DNA of 64,000 bases, from the NCBI GenBank assembly GCA_019694975.1, contig JAIBAY010000007.1, positions 73,720-137,719 of the forward strand, given 5' to 3'. The DNA comes from Chitinophagales bacterium (GTDB taxonomy: Bacteria; Bacteroidota; Bacteroidia; Chitinophagales; UBA10324). Below, piece after piece: positions 17,701 through 32,700 of this stretch (the stretch's first letter is position 1; each line of letters opens with the position of its first letter). The notes under the pieces are model-generated. The model ran no database searches. It was not told where the DNA came from and saw only the letters and a program-made list of their open reading frames with translations. A program made the translations under genes and the position numbers.

Positions 17701-20700
17701 AGTAGAATGGAGTAGAGAAAGGATGATTATTCAAACCGTTAACCGGTGTCCAGGTGGCAATCGAATAAACAGGGTTTACAGGATCGGTAAGGAAAGTGGT
17801 CGTCATGGCCGAAGCGCCTGTATAACCCATCGAAATCACCATGTTACTGATAAATCCGGTAGGCGTGTTGGTAACAAATAACCCTAAACTGGTAATATCC
17901 CCCGCCGTGATGCCGGCTGTTGTAAGCTCACTGCCCAAAATCAGGTATTGGCTTCTGATCGAGATACCGGTGGTTGTACCGGTCCGATAGGGTGTGCCCA
18001 CTGTGTTGATCTTGGTGGTGGCATTATCACTGCCCAGGATAACATCTGCATTGGCAAAATTACCGCTGGCCGCTGCGAGTGTTGTTGTTCCTCCGGAGCA
18101 GATATTCGAAGGTGTTGCAGTAACACTGCTGATGTTTGGATTCGGATTCACTGTTAAAGTGCCTGTCGTATCAATCGTGGCACAACCGGCTGCAGTATCA
18201 GTAGCAACTACAATGTAATGATAGCTGCCGGCAGCCGTGGGTGATATGCTCACTGACTGACCGCTTTCAGAACCGGTGATGCCACTTCCTGTTGCAGGAT
18301 ATGCTGTCCAGGAATATTGATAGTTATTGGTAGTACCTGTTTGCACGGCAGTCAGCACCGTACTTGCGCCAAGGCAAACCGGAGTCGGTGACACAGAGGC
18401 AGTAACAACATCAGGCTGGGTTACATTCGCAATCACCATCACCCTGTTGCTTTCGCACTGTCCGTTAGATTCAGTTACATAGAAAGTATCCGTGACATTG
18501 ATGGTATGCGCTGTAAGGTGATTCATATTTTCACCGGAAAGCGCTGTACCGCCTGATGGATTCAGATACCAATGGTAAGCAGGTGAAGGTAATCCGGATG
18601 TTGATGTTACATATACTCCGGGAACGCCTAAGCCACACTGTATTGAGTCATGACCTATCGGATCGGTTGGCACAGGTATCGAGATAACATTCACCGTATC
18701 CGAAATTGTACATCCTCCAGTACTGGTTGCTGTTACGGTATAGGTCGTACTGGTAGTTACATTGGTAGCTTCAGGGTTTTGCAGACTCGAATCATTCAGG
18801 AATGCAGCAGGTGACCATGCATAAGTGAATGAAATCGGTGATGCCGGGGCAAACCGGACTGCATCATTGGTAAGCGTCCAGGTAGTGTTGGCATTACGAG
18901 CGTTATCAACAACTGCTACTCCACCGCCTGCATTTTCAATTCCTTGTGTATGAGGATTCCATAGCACTCCATTCGGATTTTGCGGCATTGAGGTCGTATG
19001 AATCTCAATAATATTGCTTGACTCATACAGGACAATCTGTGTGGTAACCGGATCACCTCCACCGCCGGTAGTTGAATGGTGGCCTACCGCATTGTATCGT
19101 ACCACGAAAACATGGTTAATTCCACTTCCCTGGGTAAAGAAATCAATGTCGCCGTCAACGCCTGTGTCCAGATCTTCCCATGCAGCCGCTATCAGGTTGT
19201 TGGGAGCAGTGGCATTTGGCAGTGATTGTCCGCTGCAGCATCCTGAACCCGGAGAAGCATCAAAAGAAATAAATCCGTTAGTGGAAATGGTTACCGTAGA
19301 ATAAGTTGTGCCAAAGAAAGTAAAGTTGAAGCCTATCGGTACACCGGACAGGGTTGCATCATCACCCGAAGGACCCGGGGAGGTCGCTCCAGACGGAACC
19401 ACCGGAGCAAACGGTGTACTTGTCAATGAATAGCCTCCGGTAATCGGCACCGATGCCGAAGCACTCAGTTGCGAAGTTGCATTGGAACATACACTGCTGG
19501 GTGAGGCACTGGCTACTAATGAGAGTGTTGGCACAACGGTTACCGTTTGTGTAGCTGTCAGGCTGCAACCATTGGGCGTGGAACCGGTAACGGTATAGGT
19601 GGTGGTGATGAGCGGAGTTGCTACCACGTTGGTTCCGGTAGTAACATCCAATCCCGCTGCAGGTGCCCAGGTATAGGAGGTAGCTGTACCAGACGCTACC
19701 ATCGTAACACTTCCGCTGCCGCAAATTCCACCGGCTGCAGGAGAAGGCGATATGGATACGGTTGGTGTCGGTATAACAGTTACCGTTGCATAAGCGGTAT
19801 CCATTCCTGAACATCCGTCAGCAACCGTAATGGTGTACGATGTGGTAACCGTTGGGTTAGCGGTTACACTGGCTCCCGTGGTATCACTTAACCCATAAGC
19901 AGGATGCCAAGTGTAAACGAAAGGCGCACCGCCACCTGTTGTAACAGCCGTCAGGGTAGTGGAATATCCTTCACAGATCGTATCACTGTTCACCGTCAGG
20001 TCTGTCAAAGGATCAGCTACCACTGTTACGGATGCCGTATCGGAACATCCGCCGGCACCCGATGCTGTTACAATAAAGGTTGTAGTACCCCCTAAGGCAT
20101 TCGTCGCTGTGTTCTGGCTGTTGGCGCTTACAACATCTGCAACCGGTGTCCATGAATAGCTCAGTGAATTTGGAGTGAAACTATATCCGTTACCATTGCC
20201 CGGCCAGGCTGAAGAAGTAGTGGTAGCCGTACCATTACCTGTTAAAGCATTAATATAATGATTGGTACCACCTGTACCATCTTCAATACCAATTGCAGCA
20301 CCAGTAGCTGTTGTTCCTGCATTAGGTCCATAGATAATTTCAATCTTGCCCGGGTTTGAAGAAGCCGGACCATAGATATTAACCTGGAAGGAGATCAGGT
20401 TGGTTGTGGTAGTACTGAAGCTTGAACCAACTGCCTGATCCCATTGGAAGGCATATACGTCAGTTCCGATCAGCCCATGCCGCATGCTGCCCGGGAAACC
20501 GGATGCAATGTTTGCACCCATATCCTTAAACCAGGCGGCAATTGTATTATTAGGCAGTGAATTGGTGAATAAGTTACCGGCTGCATGATCGAATGTGCTG
20601 CTGATTGTTGATATGTCGCCTGCTGCTACCCATCCGTTAGTTGACATAGACATCTGGGTAAAACTATTACCCATGTAAGTGAAAGTGAACGGCAGGGTTA

Positions 20701-23700
20701 TCAGTACACCGCCGTCATCCTGCGTACCTGATGAAAAACCAGGCAGCAGCTGTGCAACAGTATTAATGACCGTGATGCCACCGCCTGTAAGCGTTGAATA
20801 GGTCTGACCTGAAAGGCTGGCTAACGAATAGCTCAACCCGGTCTGTGTTGCAGATGATGTAAGGCTTGTTGTATTCCCGGAGCATATTGCCGAAGGTGTC
20901 GCTGCAGCTGTAACGGTTACTGTTCCACCCACCTGTATGTTGGCCGTAGCAGTATTTGTACAGGTATTGCTGCCGGTTCCGGTTACCGTATAAGTAGTTG
21001 CCGCTGTCGGGTTGGCACTAACAGAGGCACCGGTTGTTGCACTGAGTCCTGTGGCAGGTGCCCAGGTATAAGACACTGAAGTGCCGCTTGCTGTAAGGAC
21101 TGCTGCCACGCCTCCACATGCTGAAGCATTGTCCGGCGTAACAATAACGGTAGGAAGTGAGTCGACCGTTACCGTACTGTAAGCGGTATCCGTCGCTCCA
21201 CAATTATCCGTTACGATTACCTGGTAAACGGTAGTTGTATCGGGATTGGCATTCACGCTTGCTCCTGTTGTCGCACTTAATCCCAATGCAGGTGACCATG
21301 CGTAACTGAATGGAGCACCACCGCCAAAAGATACTGCTGTGAGTGCAGTGGTTTGTCCAACACAAATGGCAGGTGAGTTAACATCCAGGCTCAAAGGTTC
21401 ACCCACGGTAACCGTTACCGTAGCTGTGGCAGTACATCCTGTGGATGCATCCAAAGCTGTTACGGTAAACGTAGTGGTAGTATCTAATGCATTCGTGGTA
21501 ACCGGTGAACCGGTGGTGCTGACTAAATCTGATGCAGGTGACCAGGTGAAGTTGGTTATCGCTGTTACAGGAGGTGTAAAGGTATACACCGTACCGCTTG
21601 GGAAATTGGCACTCGATGTAACACTGAACTCTGAAACATTGCTTGCTGTAGAGGTATTTGCGGGCAACAGCGGGGTAACACTTAAGAAGTTACCTGCGTT
21701 TCCGGATATACCAATGGAAGCTGTTGGGCTCGATAAAGCTGCGCTGGTAGCACCATAAACAAATTCAATCTTACCTGTTGCTTCATACAGGATTGCCTGC
21801 ATGGAAATGGTTGGATTTGAGCTTGAACCTGATCCGGCAACATGCATGTTTTTCCACTGTACGGTGAGCACATGGTTTCCAGTGCCACCGGTAGTCAGGT
21901 ATTGAATGTCACCACCGGTCATGTTATTATCATCCCAAAGCGGTGCGATAAAGTTGGCATTGGAAATTAAGGCGTTACTAAAGAATCCAGAGGTAGCCGA
22001 TGTGGTTTCACCCGGTTTCATCCAGCCATTTGGTGATACGGCAAATACGGTATGGCCGGTGCCGTTGTAATTGAAGGTAAAGCCGATTGGCAGGTTGCCG
22101 GTAAATCCGTCATCCTGGCTGCCTAATGTTACCGTAGTGCCGGTAATAAAACTAAATCCACTGCCTGCAGATCCTGCAAAAGTATAAGCACCCGGAGCAT
22201 TTGAGCCCGGTTTTGAAGCAGTGGCCGACAAGGAAGACGTTGCACCATTGCATACTGAAGCAGGTGTAGCCGTTGCTGTTGCAGTAACTGCACTGTTTAT
22301 TATGCTGAAGGTTGAAGGTGATGCCGGATCAGTGGTCACTGTATTTACATCTGTCGCTATTGCACCGCTTGCATTGGAACTGATATTCGGAGTCACCGGC
22401 ACCGTATCCTGTGCAATGATGTAATAGGATATCACATCCGAAAGTGTTGCGCCTCCGAAATCTGAACTCACGATGGTAAATGACCATGTTCCGCTCGTGC
22501 CGCTGCCTGAAGTCAGAACACCCGGCTGCGAGAAGTAGGATCCTGCTCCCTTTTTATAATAAATGCGCGGCACCAATGAACCGGTAGTCCATACACCAGT
22601 GGCATCTGTAATGGTAGCTGTCAAGGTACGGTCCGCCGTACATCCATTGGAAAGGGCTGTGTAGGTAATTACCGGACTGGTATGATCACTGATAATGCCC
22701 TGGAATTCATCGGCACCGATATCAGGTGCTGTGCCGCCTGAAGGATAGCCCGGATTACCGCCGGGGTAGCCGATATTGCCAAAACGGATATGGCCGTCCC
22801 AGTCATCTGTGATACCGGTGACGTTAGCAGCACCGCTCTCCATTTGCGTGGCAATGGAAGAACTGATATGCAGATAATCAGAAGCCAATGCTGCAGGTGA
22901 AGTACTGATGAAGGGTGGATCTTCCGTTACTGACTGCTGATCACGAGTTGCGGCCGCGCTCTTGTACTTGCTCAGTGACTGTGCAGAATCCGATGTGCTG
23001 GAGAAGTAGATCAACCTGTTGGCAGAAGGACCGCCTGCATAAAAATTATTCTGGTTGGAGGCTGTTGAATATCCTGAAAATCCCGACGCGGCACGGCGGT
23101 AGGCGACCGTAAAGCTGGTTCCTGCTGAACCTGGTGTGCTGAGGTTGTCTATAATATTATTTCGCATTTCAACAATCGGCGGAGTGGTGGAGCTGGAAAT
23201 ACTTACGCCCGATGAACCAAAGGTGGTTCCGCCACTTGCGGCAAGCCTGATGGTATTAAAGTATAATCCAACAGCCTGTGTGGCGGTTGTACTAGACAGG
23301 CTGATACCGATCACTGCATTGGTTCCCGTAGCGGCAGGTGCCAGAAGATCGCCGATATAGTTGTTGTAAACACCGGTCTGTGTGCCGGATGTTACCGAAA
23401 TACCGATTACAGTCGTGCTGGCTCCTGCACCAATCAGGTTAAAGACACGGTTCTTAGAGTAAAGCACAGTGCCGCCTGCTGAAGAGGTAATACCGGTAAT
23501 GGCCGCACTTCCGGCAGAATACAAGCTGTCAACCTGATTACCGCTCACCGTCCGTGTATTTCCACTGATGGTATTATTTAAAATACCGCGAATCGTATGC
23601 GTTCCGGTAGAGGCACCCGTAACGTACAATCTGCGAATACTGTTATTGCTAATGGTTTCAATGGTAGGTGAACCGGAATTAGAATAACCTGTCACCGTAG

Positions 23701-26700
23701 CAGTACTTGTTCCTGTCATGGTTGAAACACCATTGTTCCTGATAGTATTCCCACTGTACGTATATATGGAAGTGGTGGATTGCGAGCAGGTAAGCGTACA
23801 AGATCCTCCACCACCGGTCATGGTATTATTGGTGATGGTGTTGGTATTCATGGTAAAGTTGGTAGCGGAGCCGGTTGACACAAGTCCGTTCATGGTACCA
23901 ACCCCTGAATGCAGGTTATTGTTAATGGTATTATTGCTCATCGACAAGGTCGCCGGTGCGCCGCTGTTGGTAATCAGGGCCATCGTATGCCCAGTAGTGG
24001 ACACATTGCTTGCCGTGTTTCCGGAAACGGTATTACCATTGATATTCACGGTGCCGCCACTGGGTCCTGATGTAGAAGTGATACAGGTGATGGTACCCGT
24101 ACCGGCCACTGTATTGTTCTGCACCGTATTGGTATTGATGTTAATCACTGCTGATGTACCACCGGCACTGCAGGTGATGGCCGTGAAGGTGGCTGAAGTA
24201 GAAGTGGAATAGTTGATATTCTGCACCGTATTGCCGGTGATGTTGATCAGGTTCGGATTGGTGGCAGTACCGCCGCTGAATCCGCAGGTGATGCCGGTCA
24301 TCGTACTCGTAGTTGCTGCAGAAGCCAGGGTGATGGTATTGTTCCTGATATTTCCCCATACACCACTGCCCATGCTGATACCGGTTACTGTGCTGGTAGA
24401 GGCAGTACCGCCATTGATGGTGTTATTATCTACCGATAGGCCGCGCTGATTTGTTTCAATGATGGCGTTCACGGCAACTGAACCGCCGCCGAAGTTGGTG
24501 ATGGAGTTCGCTGCCTGCCCAATAGCACCTACCTGGTTCAGGGTATCATTCAGACTGGCGGAAGGCCCTGCAGTTGCATTACCATTCAGTGAAATACCGG
24601 TATAAGTGTTCGAAATAGTATTACCATAGAAAGTATTTCTTCCGTTACGGGAAGCATCTTCATTGCCTGCACCGTTTGAATAAGTAAGGCCGGTAGTATT
24701 CGCTGCTGTATGGTTGCCGGAATAGATCGCTACGGAAGCCGTATTTGCTTTGTTTAGCGTAATAGCGCAATTTTTAATGGTATTGCTGTTGGAACCGTTG
24801 TTGCCATCGCATTTCAGCAAGGCATAACCCCATTCCATCTGCAGCGTAGGCGTGGTATTGCTGATGATTTCCGCAACATCAATTCCATCGAAGGTGATGT
24901 AATCACCTCCCACAATTTTAACTATACCATCTACCGTGGTACTGGTGCCTGCATAGGCATTGATTTTCGGATTGGCGCCTACACCTGATTTCTGGAAGGT
25001 TACCGTACGGGTTGAACCGGATTGAATGCCAGCGGAAAGTGCGCACTGATTGTACACGACACCACCCACCGGTGCATTTTCACTGTGACCGGCTGCAACA
25101 TTAAAGACTACTGATCCGGAAACACCATTCGCGCTCATGTAATTAACTGCCGCATTAATGGTCTGGAATCCGCAGTTGGAAGGAATAGCATACATGCCGG
25201 CTGCCAATGCGCCGGAGAGTGTGGTTAATACCACTGGAGGTGTTGAAGTGGTGGAGCAGCCATTGGAGTTAGTCACCACCACCGTATAAGATTCCGCTGC
25301 ACTGGTAGTATAGGTTGAATTGGTAGCGCCCGCGATATTGCCAAGGCTGTTTTTCCATTGGTAACCGGTAATGGTGCCGCTGCCTGCTGTGGCATTAGCT
25401 GTCAGCGTTACACTGCCGCCCGGGAAGATGGTGCTACAGGTTGCAGTTACAGTTACAGAGGGTGATGCATTTTCATTGATCGTAGCGGTAGCCGTATCGA
25501 TACAACCATTTACATCAGTAACTATTACGGAGTAAGTTCCGGCACCGGCTGTAATGGTATTCGTAGTTTCTGAACCCGGTGACCAGAGGTAAGAAGCTGC
25601 GGCAGGGGTAGCTAATGCAGTAAGGGTAACCGTACCTCCGGTGCAAACTGTCGCAGAAGAAGGGGTGATGATGGCCGAAGCGCTGTTAATGGTCACCGTG
25701 GTGATGGCTGAGGTGGATGAGCAACCCCCTGCCGTAACCGTTACCGTGATGTTGGAAGTAGAGGTAACTGTGATCGTATCCGTCGTTTCACTGGTGCTCC
25801 ACAAAATGCCGGAACCACTGTATTGTGTCCAGAGTTTAACAGCTCCGGGACCGCAGAAAGTAAGCGGGCCATCGGCGCTGATAACAGGAATAGCAGGCGA
25901 CGGATTTACCGTCATGGTGATTGTATTGGAAGAAGCGGGATTAGGTGTGGCACAGGCAAAGTTGGCCGTGAATTCACAACTGATCACATCGCCGTTTGAC
26001 AGGCTATCGGTAGTATACGAAGCATTCGTTGCGCCGCTGATGGGTGAGGCGCCATTCATCCACTGATAGGTTCCTGCACCGCCGGTAGTAAGGCTGGTGA
26101 AGGTAACAGCCGTTCCTTCGCAGATGGTGGTAGGACTCACGGTGCTGATGGTGATACTGGCTGTAATTGCACCTGACACGGTCATGTGCAAATGGTTCGA
26201 AGTGGCAGGGCTTCCGGTAGCGCAGGTGGCATTGGAAGTCATCACTACCCACACAGAATCCTGATCAGCTATTGATGAAGTATTATACGTTGAATTGGTT
26301 TCACCACTTACCGGTGCACCATTCAGGTACCATTGGTAAGCCGGTGAACCGCCGCCGTTCGTTGGGTTAGCGGTAAAGGTAACCGCCGATCCCGCGCAGA
26401 TGCTGTCGCTTGGTGTAGTGGCCGTAACAGATGCCGGCAACAATGGATTCACCGTCATGTTAACGGTGGAAGAAGTATAGGGATTTCCGCTGTAGCATCC
26501 AGCATCTGTATTGGTCAGTACAACATATATTGCATCACCATTGGCTGGTGTGTAAGCGTAAGAATTGGAGCTTCCGTTCTGAACGGAAAGGCTGTTTTTG
26601 AAGAATTCATAGTTCGGTGCAGCCCCGCCATTGGTAGGCGTTGCAGTAAAGGTAACACCGGTTCCATCGCAAACCGGGTTGGCATCGGGAGCGAGTGATA

Positions 26701-29700
26701 CACTAACCGGCGTACTGGGTGTAACCGTTATGGCAGCACTGCCTGTTTTATCACCTGACTGAGCAGTGCATGATGTTCCGACATCCGTTAGCGTGGCAAT
26801 CGTATACGTATGACTGGATCCGGGTGTAACTGAAACACTGATCGGGCTGGATGATCCGCTGAAGGCTGTTCCATCATCTAAAGTTCCATTCCAGGGACCA
26901 GTTCCGGTAACCGCAATCGAAAGCATAGCGCTGCCGCCTGCACAAATGGTATCATCGCCGCTGATAACGCCGGTTACTATGTTCACATTAACCTTGGCGG
27001 TATCGCTGGCGGAACATAAGCCATTACCGATGCTCACACTGTAGATCGTAGTGGTGGTGGGACTAACGCCGGTTGGGTTTTGTGCTGAAGAAGTGAAACC
27101 TGAAGGCACAGCCGTCCATGCATAGGTTAAGGTGGCAGGATTCGGTGTAAATGTAATGCTTTGTCCATCTACAAGACTTGCCGTATTACAGGAAAACTGC
27201 AATGCTGATGATGCACTGTAATTCAGACCAATCGTGGCGCTTGCACCACCGTCAAAGCCCGATGCACCGTAGGTAATATCCGGATAGACAATGTTAATTT
27301 TATTAGTGGTTTGTTCCAGTTGAATCTGGAAGGTAATGGTGCCGGTTCCCGTGGCATTGAAATTATCTTCATTCGTCCATTGAATGATATACAGAGAGCC
27401 GACCTGCTGCGTTACGATGGAAGTAGTAACACTGCCTGATGTTGTCATATCATCCCAATTAGCACAGATCGCCGCGAGAGAATTGCCGGTTCCGGTTATG
27501 AGACCGACAGAACCTGTTGAACTTGGTGCGATATCCTGAGGAAGGCAGGAATTGGTGTAAATGATATCGCCTGTTGTTGTACCAAACACCAGCACACCAT
27601 TGTTTCCTATCCTGGCGGTGGTATAGTCAACTCCGTTAAATTTAAAAGTGAATGGTAAGGTAAGATTATGCTCGCTGTCATCAGAAGGGGTGCCCACAGA
27701 AGTACCGGTTCCACTAATGTCCGTGAAAGCAACACCGCTGTTACCATTTAAGCTGTAGCCTACGCCGGCGAGTGCGGTGGTACCGGTGGAAGTTAAATCA
27801 ACCGTGCCACCATTGCAAATAGTGGAAGCGCTTGCCGATGCTACCACACCGGTTACCGCCGGATTAACAGTTACAGATACGGCAGCGGAAGTATTGCTGC
27901 AACCTGATTTGGTTACAACCACTGTATAACTGCCTGTTGTGGAAGGTGTATACGTGGAATTAGTTGCTCCGGAAATATCCGTGCCGCCCGATTTCCATTG
28001 GTAGGTTGGTGAAACAGCATCAGAGGTAGCGGTAAGCGTTTGCAATGCATCACTGCAAACCGTTATCGGACCGGCAGGTGTGATCCCTGCAGTAGGTATC
28101 GGGTTGACTGATACGGAGGCAATATTGGAAGTGTCGCTTGCTGAAGCAGCAGGGCATGTTACAACGAGGCGATAATAGGTAGTGGAAGAAATGGTACCTG
28201 TGCTGTAGGTGGCAGTGTTGTTTACACCGGCAGCGGCAGAGAACGTACCAGCATTACCGGTAGCTGACGACTGCCATAAGTAACCGATTCCTGTTCCGGA
28301 ATTAACTGCAGAGGTTGATAAAACGGATGAGCCGGAAGTTCCGCAAATATTGGACGGCGCAGCAGAAACGGTGCTTGCAGACGCGCCTGAACAGGCCGGT
28401 GGTGTGAATTCATCGGCACCGATATCTGTTGAACGGGTGTTGCAATCAATATCATCGGTTATTGACACAGTGATTGCACCGTCATTCAGCGGGGCATTGG
28501 TGGCATTAGCAGCAACCAGGTGAAGGTCAGCTGGCAAAGAAGTAAATACAGGGTCAACCTGTAGCGTTGTTTGACTTGCATTAGGAGCCGAACCGGCACC
28601 ATCGCGGCCCGTCTCAGAAGTCCAGTTGGCAAGTGATGTTCTTGATGTGCCAGACACTGTTCCACCGGTTATACCTATCTGGTAAGTTCCTGGACCAGCA
28701 CCGGCACAAATAAAGTTGTTGTGATCAGAGGTAAGTCCCGCATAATTACCAACAGTAGAAGAATAGTTAAGTGTTACACAGGCAAACTTTACAGACGCAC
28801 CCGCATTACCAATTTGTTTATTTACGAGAATATTATTCCGCATCTCTACAGATGTAGGAGCAGTTGAAGCAGTAATGGCAACGCATGGTTCAGATTGTGT
28901 AGCAGCAGTTGAGCCGGCAATCGTACCCTGCATCATAACCGTGTTGTAATATAGCTGCGTAGTAGATCCTGTTCCTCCGCCAAGAATAATACCGGCTCCA
29001 AAATCACCGGTGGTGCCATTCGCCGACACGCCGCTAATCATATTATTGGCAATCAGGTTTGTTCCGGAGGTGGCTGCTGAAACAGCAATACCAACTGCTG
29101 AGAATGTTCCTGAATTCACCACCGTACCGATCGTGTTTTTAGTAACCGTCGCATTCGTTACTTCATTCCCGGTAGCAGTTGTGGCACTCACTGAAGTTCC
29201 TATTCCAAGGGTAATCCCAAACACATCGGGACTGCTTGCCTGGGCAATATTGGAAACATTGTTTCGCGAAATTGTGATGTTGTTTTCAAACCCTACCCAG
29301 ATACCGCCCTTGGTATTGGCGCTTGTATTGATGATGTTTTGATTGATAACCGTTCCCTGATTTTTGTTCCCGGCACTTGCCCCCTGTGAATAGATACCAT
29401 ATTGCACACCGGAAATGTTATTATTGATATAAGAATTGCTATTGTTACCGGTTCCCAAGCTGGAAGTACTGATAGTGCTTGAACCACAACCAACACCAAA
29501 GAGTGTTTGAGTGACGCCACTTCCTGTAATATTGCAGTTCCTGATAGTATTGCCGGTTGCGCCATCTGAACCAGATGTCTGCAGCCATACCACAGCACTG
29601 GAAGTGCCTGTATTGGTGTTCGTAATGGTCAAATCGCGTGATGCCGCCACATCGGGACAAACTGTATTCGAAGTGGCCGATGTAGATCCGTCTATCACCA

Positions 29701-32700
29701 CGTTATCAGCACCATTGATGGTGATCAGTGCCCCGGCACTCGAACCGGTTAACGTGGAGGTTACTGTGGGCTTAATGATGAGTGTATATGGGCCGGAACT
29801 GCAACCATTGTAGTTAATAGCATTCAGTGTCACGGCATTGGTCTCCGTTACACTTGCGTCAATAATATTGGCTGTTACGTTGCCTGACATACCGCTTGTG
29901 TTGATCGCAAGGAAAAGGCTGCTTGCCGCACCGGTAAGACTCGTGTAGGTACCGGATGCGCCAATGGTTACCGTGCCACTCAATCCTGCAGCCACAATCG
30001 TATAACTGCTGGGAGTACCGCCGATAGAAGTGACACCCTGTGCCTGTAAATCAACCGTAGTGGGTGTGGCACCTACAAACGATCCTGCATTGATACCAAC
30101 ATTCGGTGAAGCGGCACTGTCTGATGCCACCACGAAATATTGAATGACATCACCTGCGGCTACTGCTGCCTGCAGCAAAGTGTAATCCGTGGTGAAGCTG
30201 AAGGGAGAAGCGGAATTAGCTGCTTCAACAAACTTCCATCCGTTGTTCGCCGATGTATTGCCTGCAAATGCATTCGCATCCGTAGATTTTTTGAAGTATA
30301 ATCTTGGGCGGCTGCCGGTTGCGGTTTTCACACTGCTGGCATCGGTAATGGTGGATGACAATGTTCTGTCGTTTGTGCATGATGTGCTCCCCAATGTAGT
30401 GTATGATATAGCCGGTGGCACAAGGTCTAAACCAATTCCGCATAATTCCCAGGCTCCAACATCAGGCGCACTACCTGCAGGGGTACAAGCGACATAACTC
30501 GGATTACCAAACCGAACCGTTCCAGAATAATCATCTGTGTATGTTGCAATGTTCACCGCACCACTTTCAATCTGTTTTGCAGATGACACTTTATATTTCA
30601 GGAAATCAGCACTTGAACCGGTAGTACTTTGAAATTCAGGGTCTTCAGAAAATGAAGAACCATCTCTTGGGGCAATTGTACCTGCTGTAAACACCCCATT
30701 CTTATAGGCAGTCATCGTTTGTGCCGTAGAAGTTCCATCTGAATAGATCAGGCGGGTGGCAGATGGAGTTCCCGCATAAAAATCATTGTTATTGGAAGTG
30801 CTGGCGTAGTTGGCAAGATTGTTCGATGCACCACCACTGCGCCTGTAAGCAACAGTTAAGCCTGTTCCTGCAGGCGTGGAAATATTAATTACAATGTTAT
30901 TCCTCAGATTGAGCGTGGAAGTTGTAGATACGGTAGAGATTGTGTGGAAGATACCGGTAGTACCAAAGTTGGCACCTGTGGAAGAAGCATTTAGGTTGAT
31001 GGTATTGTAATAGACATTATGCGTAGTTGAAGTTGATGTAGACGTAATATTTATCCCCCTGATAGCATCCGTAGAGGCAGCCGCAGCGGCTGTTAAATTG
31101 CCGATGAGATTGTTATAAATATTATTAGGATTGGTTGAACCACCACCTGAAATACGAATTCCACTCACGATGGTTGATGTACCGGTAGCAAGTGTAGACA
31201 AGCCATGAATCCTATTTTTATACACATTGATACCGCTACCACCCGAAATCAGAATTCCGTCAATAACAGGGCTGGCAGTACTGGTAGCAGCACCGATTGA
31301 AATATTCGTAATGGTATTGTTGAATACATTAGCCAATGTTCCACCACTTATAGCAATACCGCTAACCGTTGGAGAAGCAGTAATAATGCCGGTGAAATTC
31401 ATTGCTGAGAATGTATTATTTGTTATTGAATGAACACCGGAACCTGATTCATTTATACCAGTCATAGCTGTAGGTGAAGTGGTACTGGAAGAAAGTGACA
31501 GGGTATTTCCCGTAATAGTCATGGCTGTGCCCGTAGTAGTAATACCAGTTACTGTTGGTGCAGCACAAGAAATGGTAACTGAATTATTCTTGATAAAACC
31601 AGTATTTGTAAAACTACAAGTAATACCAATGGTTGTACCACTATGTGTGCCGGAAATATTGATTGTATTATTGTTCACATTTTTATTGCCGGCTGCTGGA
31701 GAACTGGGTCCACCAAGTGATGAAATTGCTGTCGCCGTTGTAGTTCCTGCAAGATTGGTAAACGTGATCGTATTGGCTGAAATGGTATCAGCAACTTCGG
31801 AAGGTGAGCCTGATGTAGATTGAAATATGATAGAACCTGATGCAGCCACCCTGTCAACATTCATTGTATTGCTCTTTATGTTCACCAGCACCGTTGCGGT
31901 TGCATCCTGGAAAACCCCAATGAGTGCGCCAGTACTCCGGATAGTAGATCCCGTTGTATTCAAATTGTTACCCGTAACATTAATAGTTCCGGAAGCTGCA
32001 CTTACGTTAATGTAGGTAATTGCACCGGATCCATATGTACCTGAACCTGTTTGTGCTTGCTTAATAGTAATTGCATTAGTCGTGGTAACATTTACGGTGG
32101 TTGCGACAGCATTAGCTGCAATTCCAGTAACTGGACTTGTAACAGCACTAGTGGAAGAAGTTGTTTGATTAATTGTTATCGTATTTGTGAGCGCATTCAA
32201 AGTTGTTGAGGTACCGGCAATAGTAAGGCCGGTTATCGCACTTGATGTTGCTCCTGTACCCGAAGTCGTCTGGTTAATAACAATTATGTTTGTATTACAG
32301 GTATTCGTTGCGGATGAATAATTAGCTTTAATACCAATCACAGCAGCTGAAACTACAGCAGAAACTGTTTGATTAACCGTAACATTATTATTGCTTCCTG
32401 TAATTGTTCCTGTACTGATACCATGTCCAAAATCAATACCTGTCATTAATGCAACTCCCGTACTGGTAATGTTAACTGTATTGTCACTGATGGTGGAGGT
32501 ATAGGTAACACCCGTTGGAGCTGTGCCACTGCTGATCATAATACCATTCAAGCCGCCTGATCCTACATAAGCTAAACTGGTAGAAGTAACAGAATTAAAT
32601 CTGATGGTATTTCCGGCACCATTCCTAAAATAGATACCTGCCTGTACGGTTGATTGTGATCTGTTCCAGACACCTGAACTGGCTACTGCATTTCCAAAGG

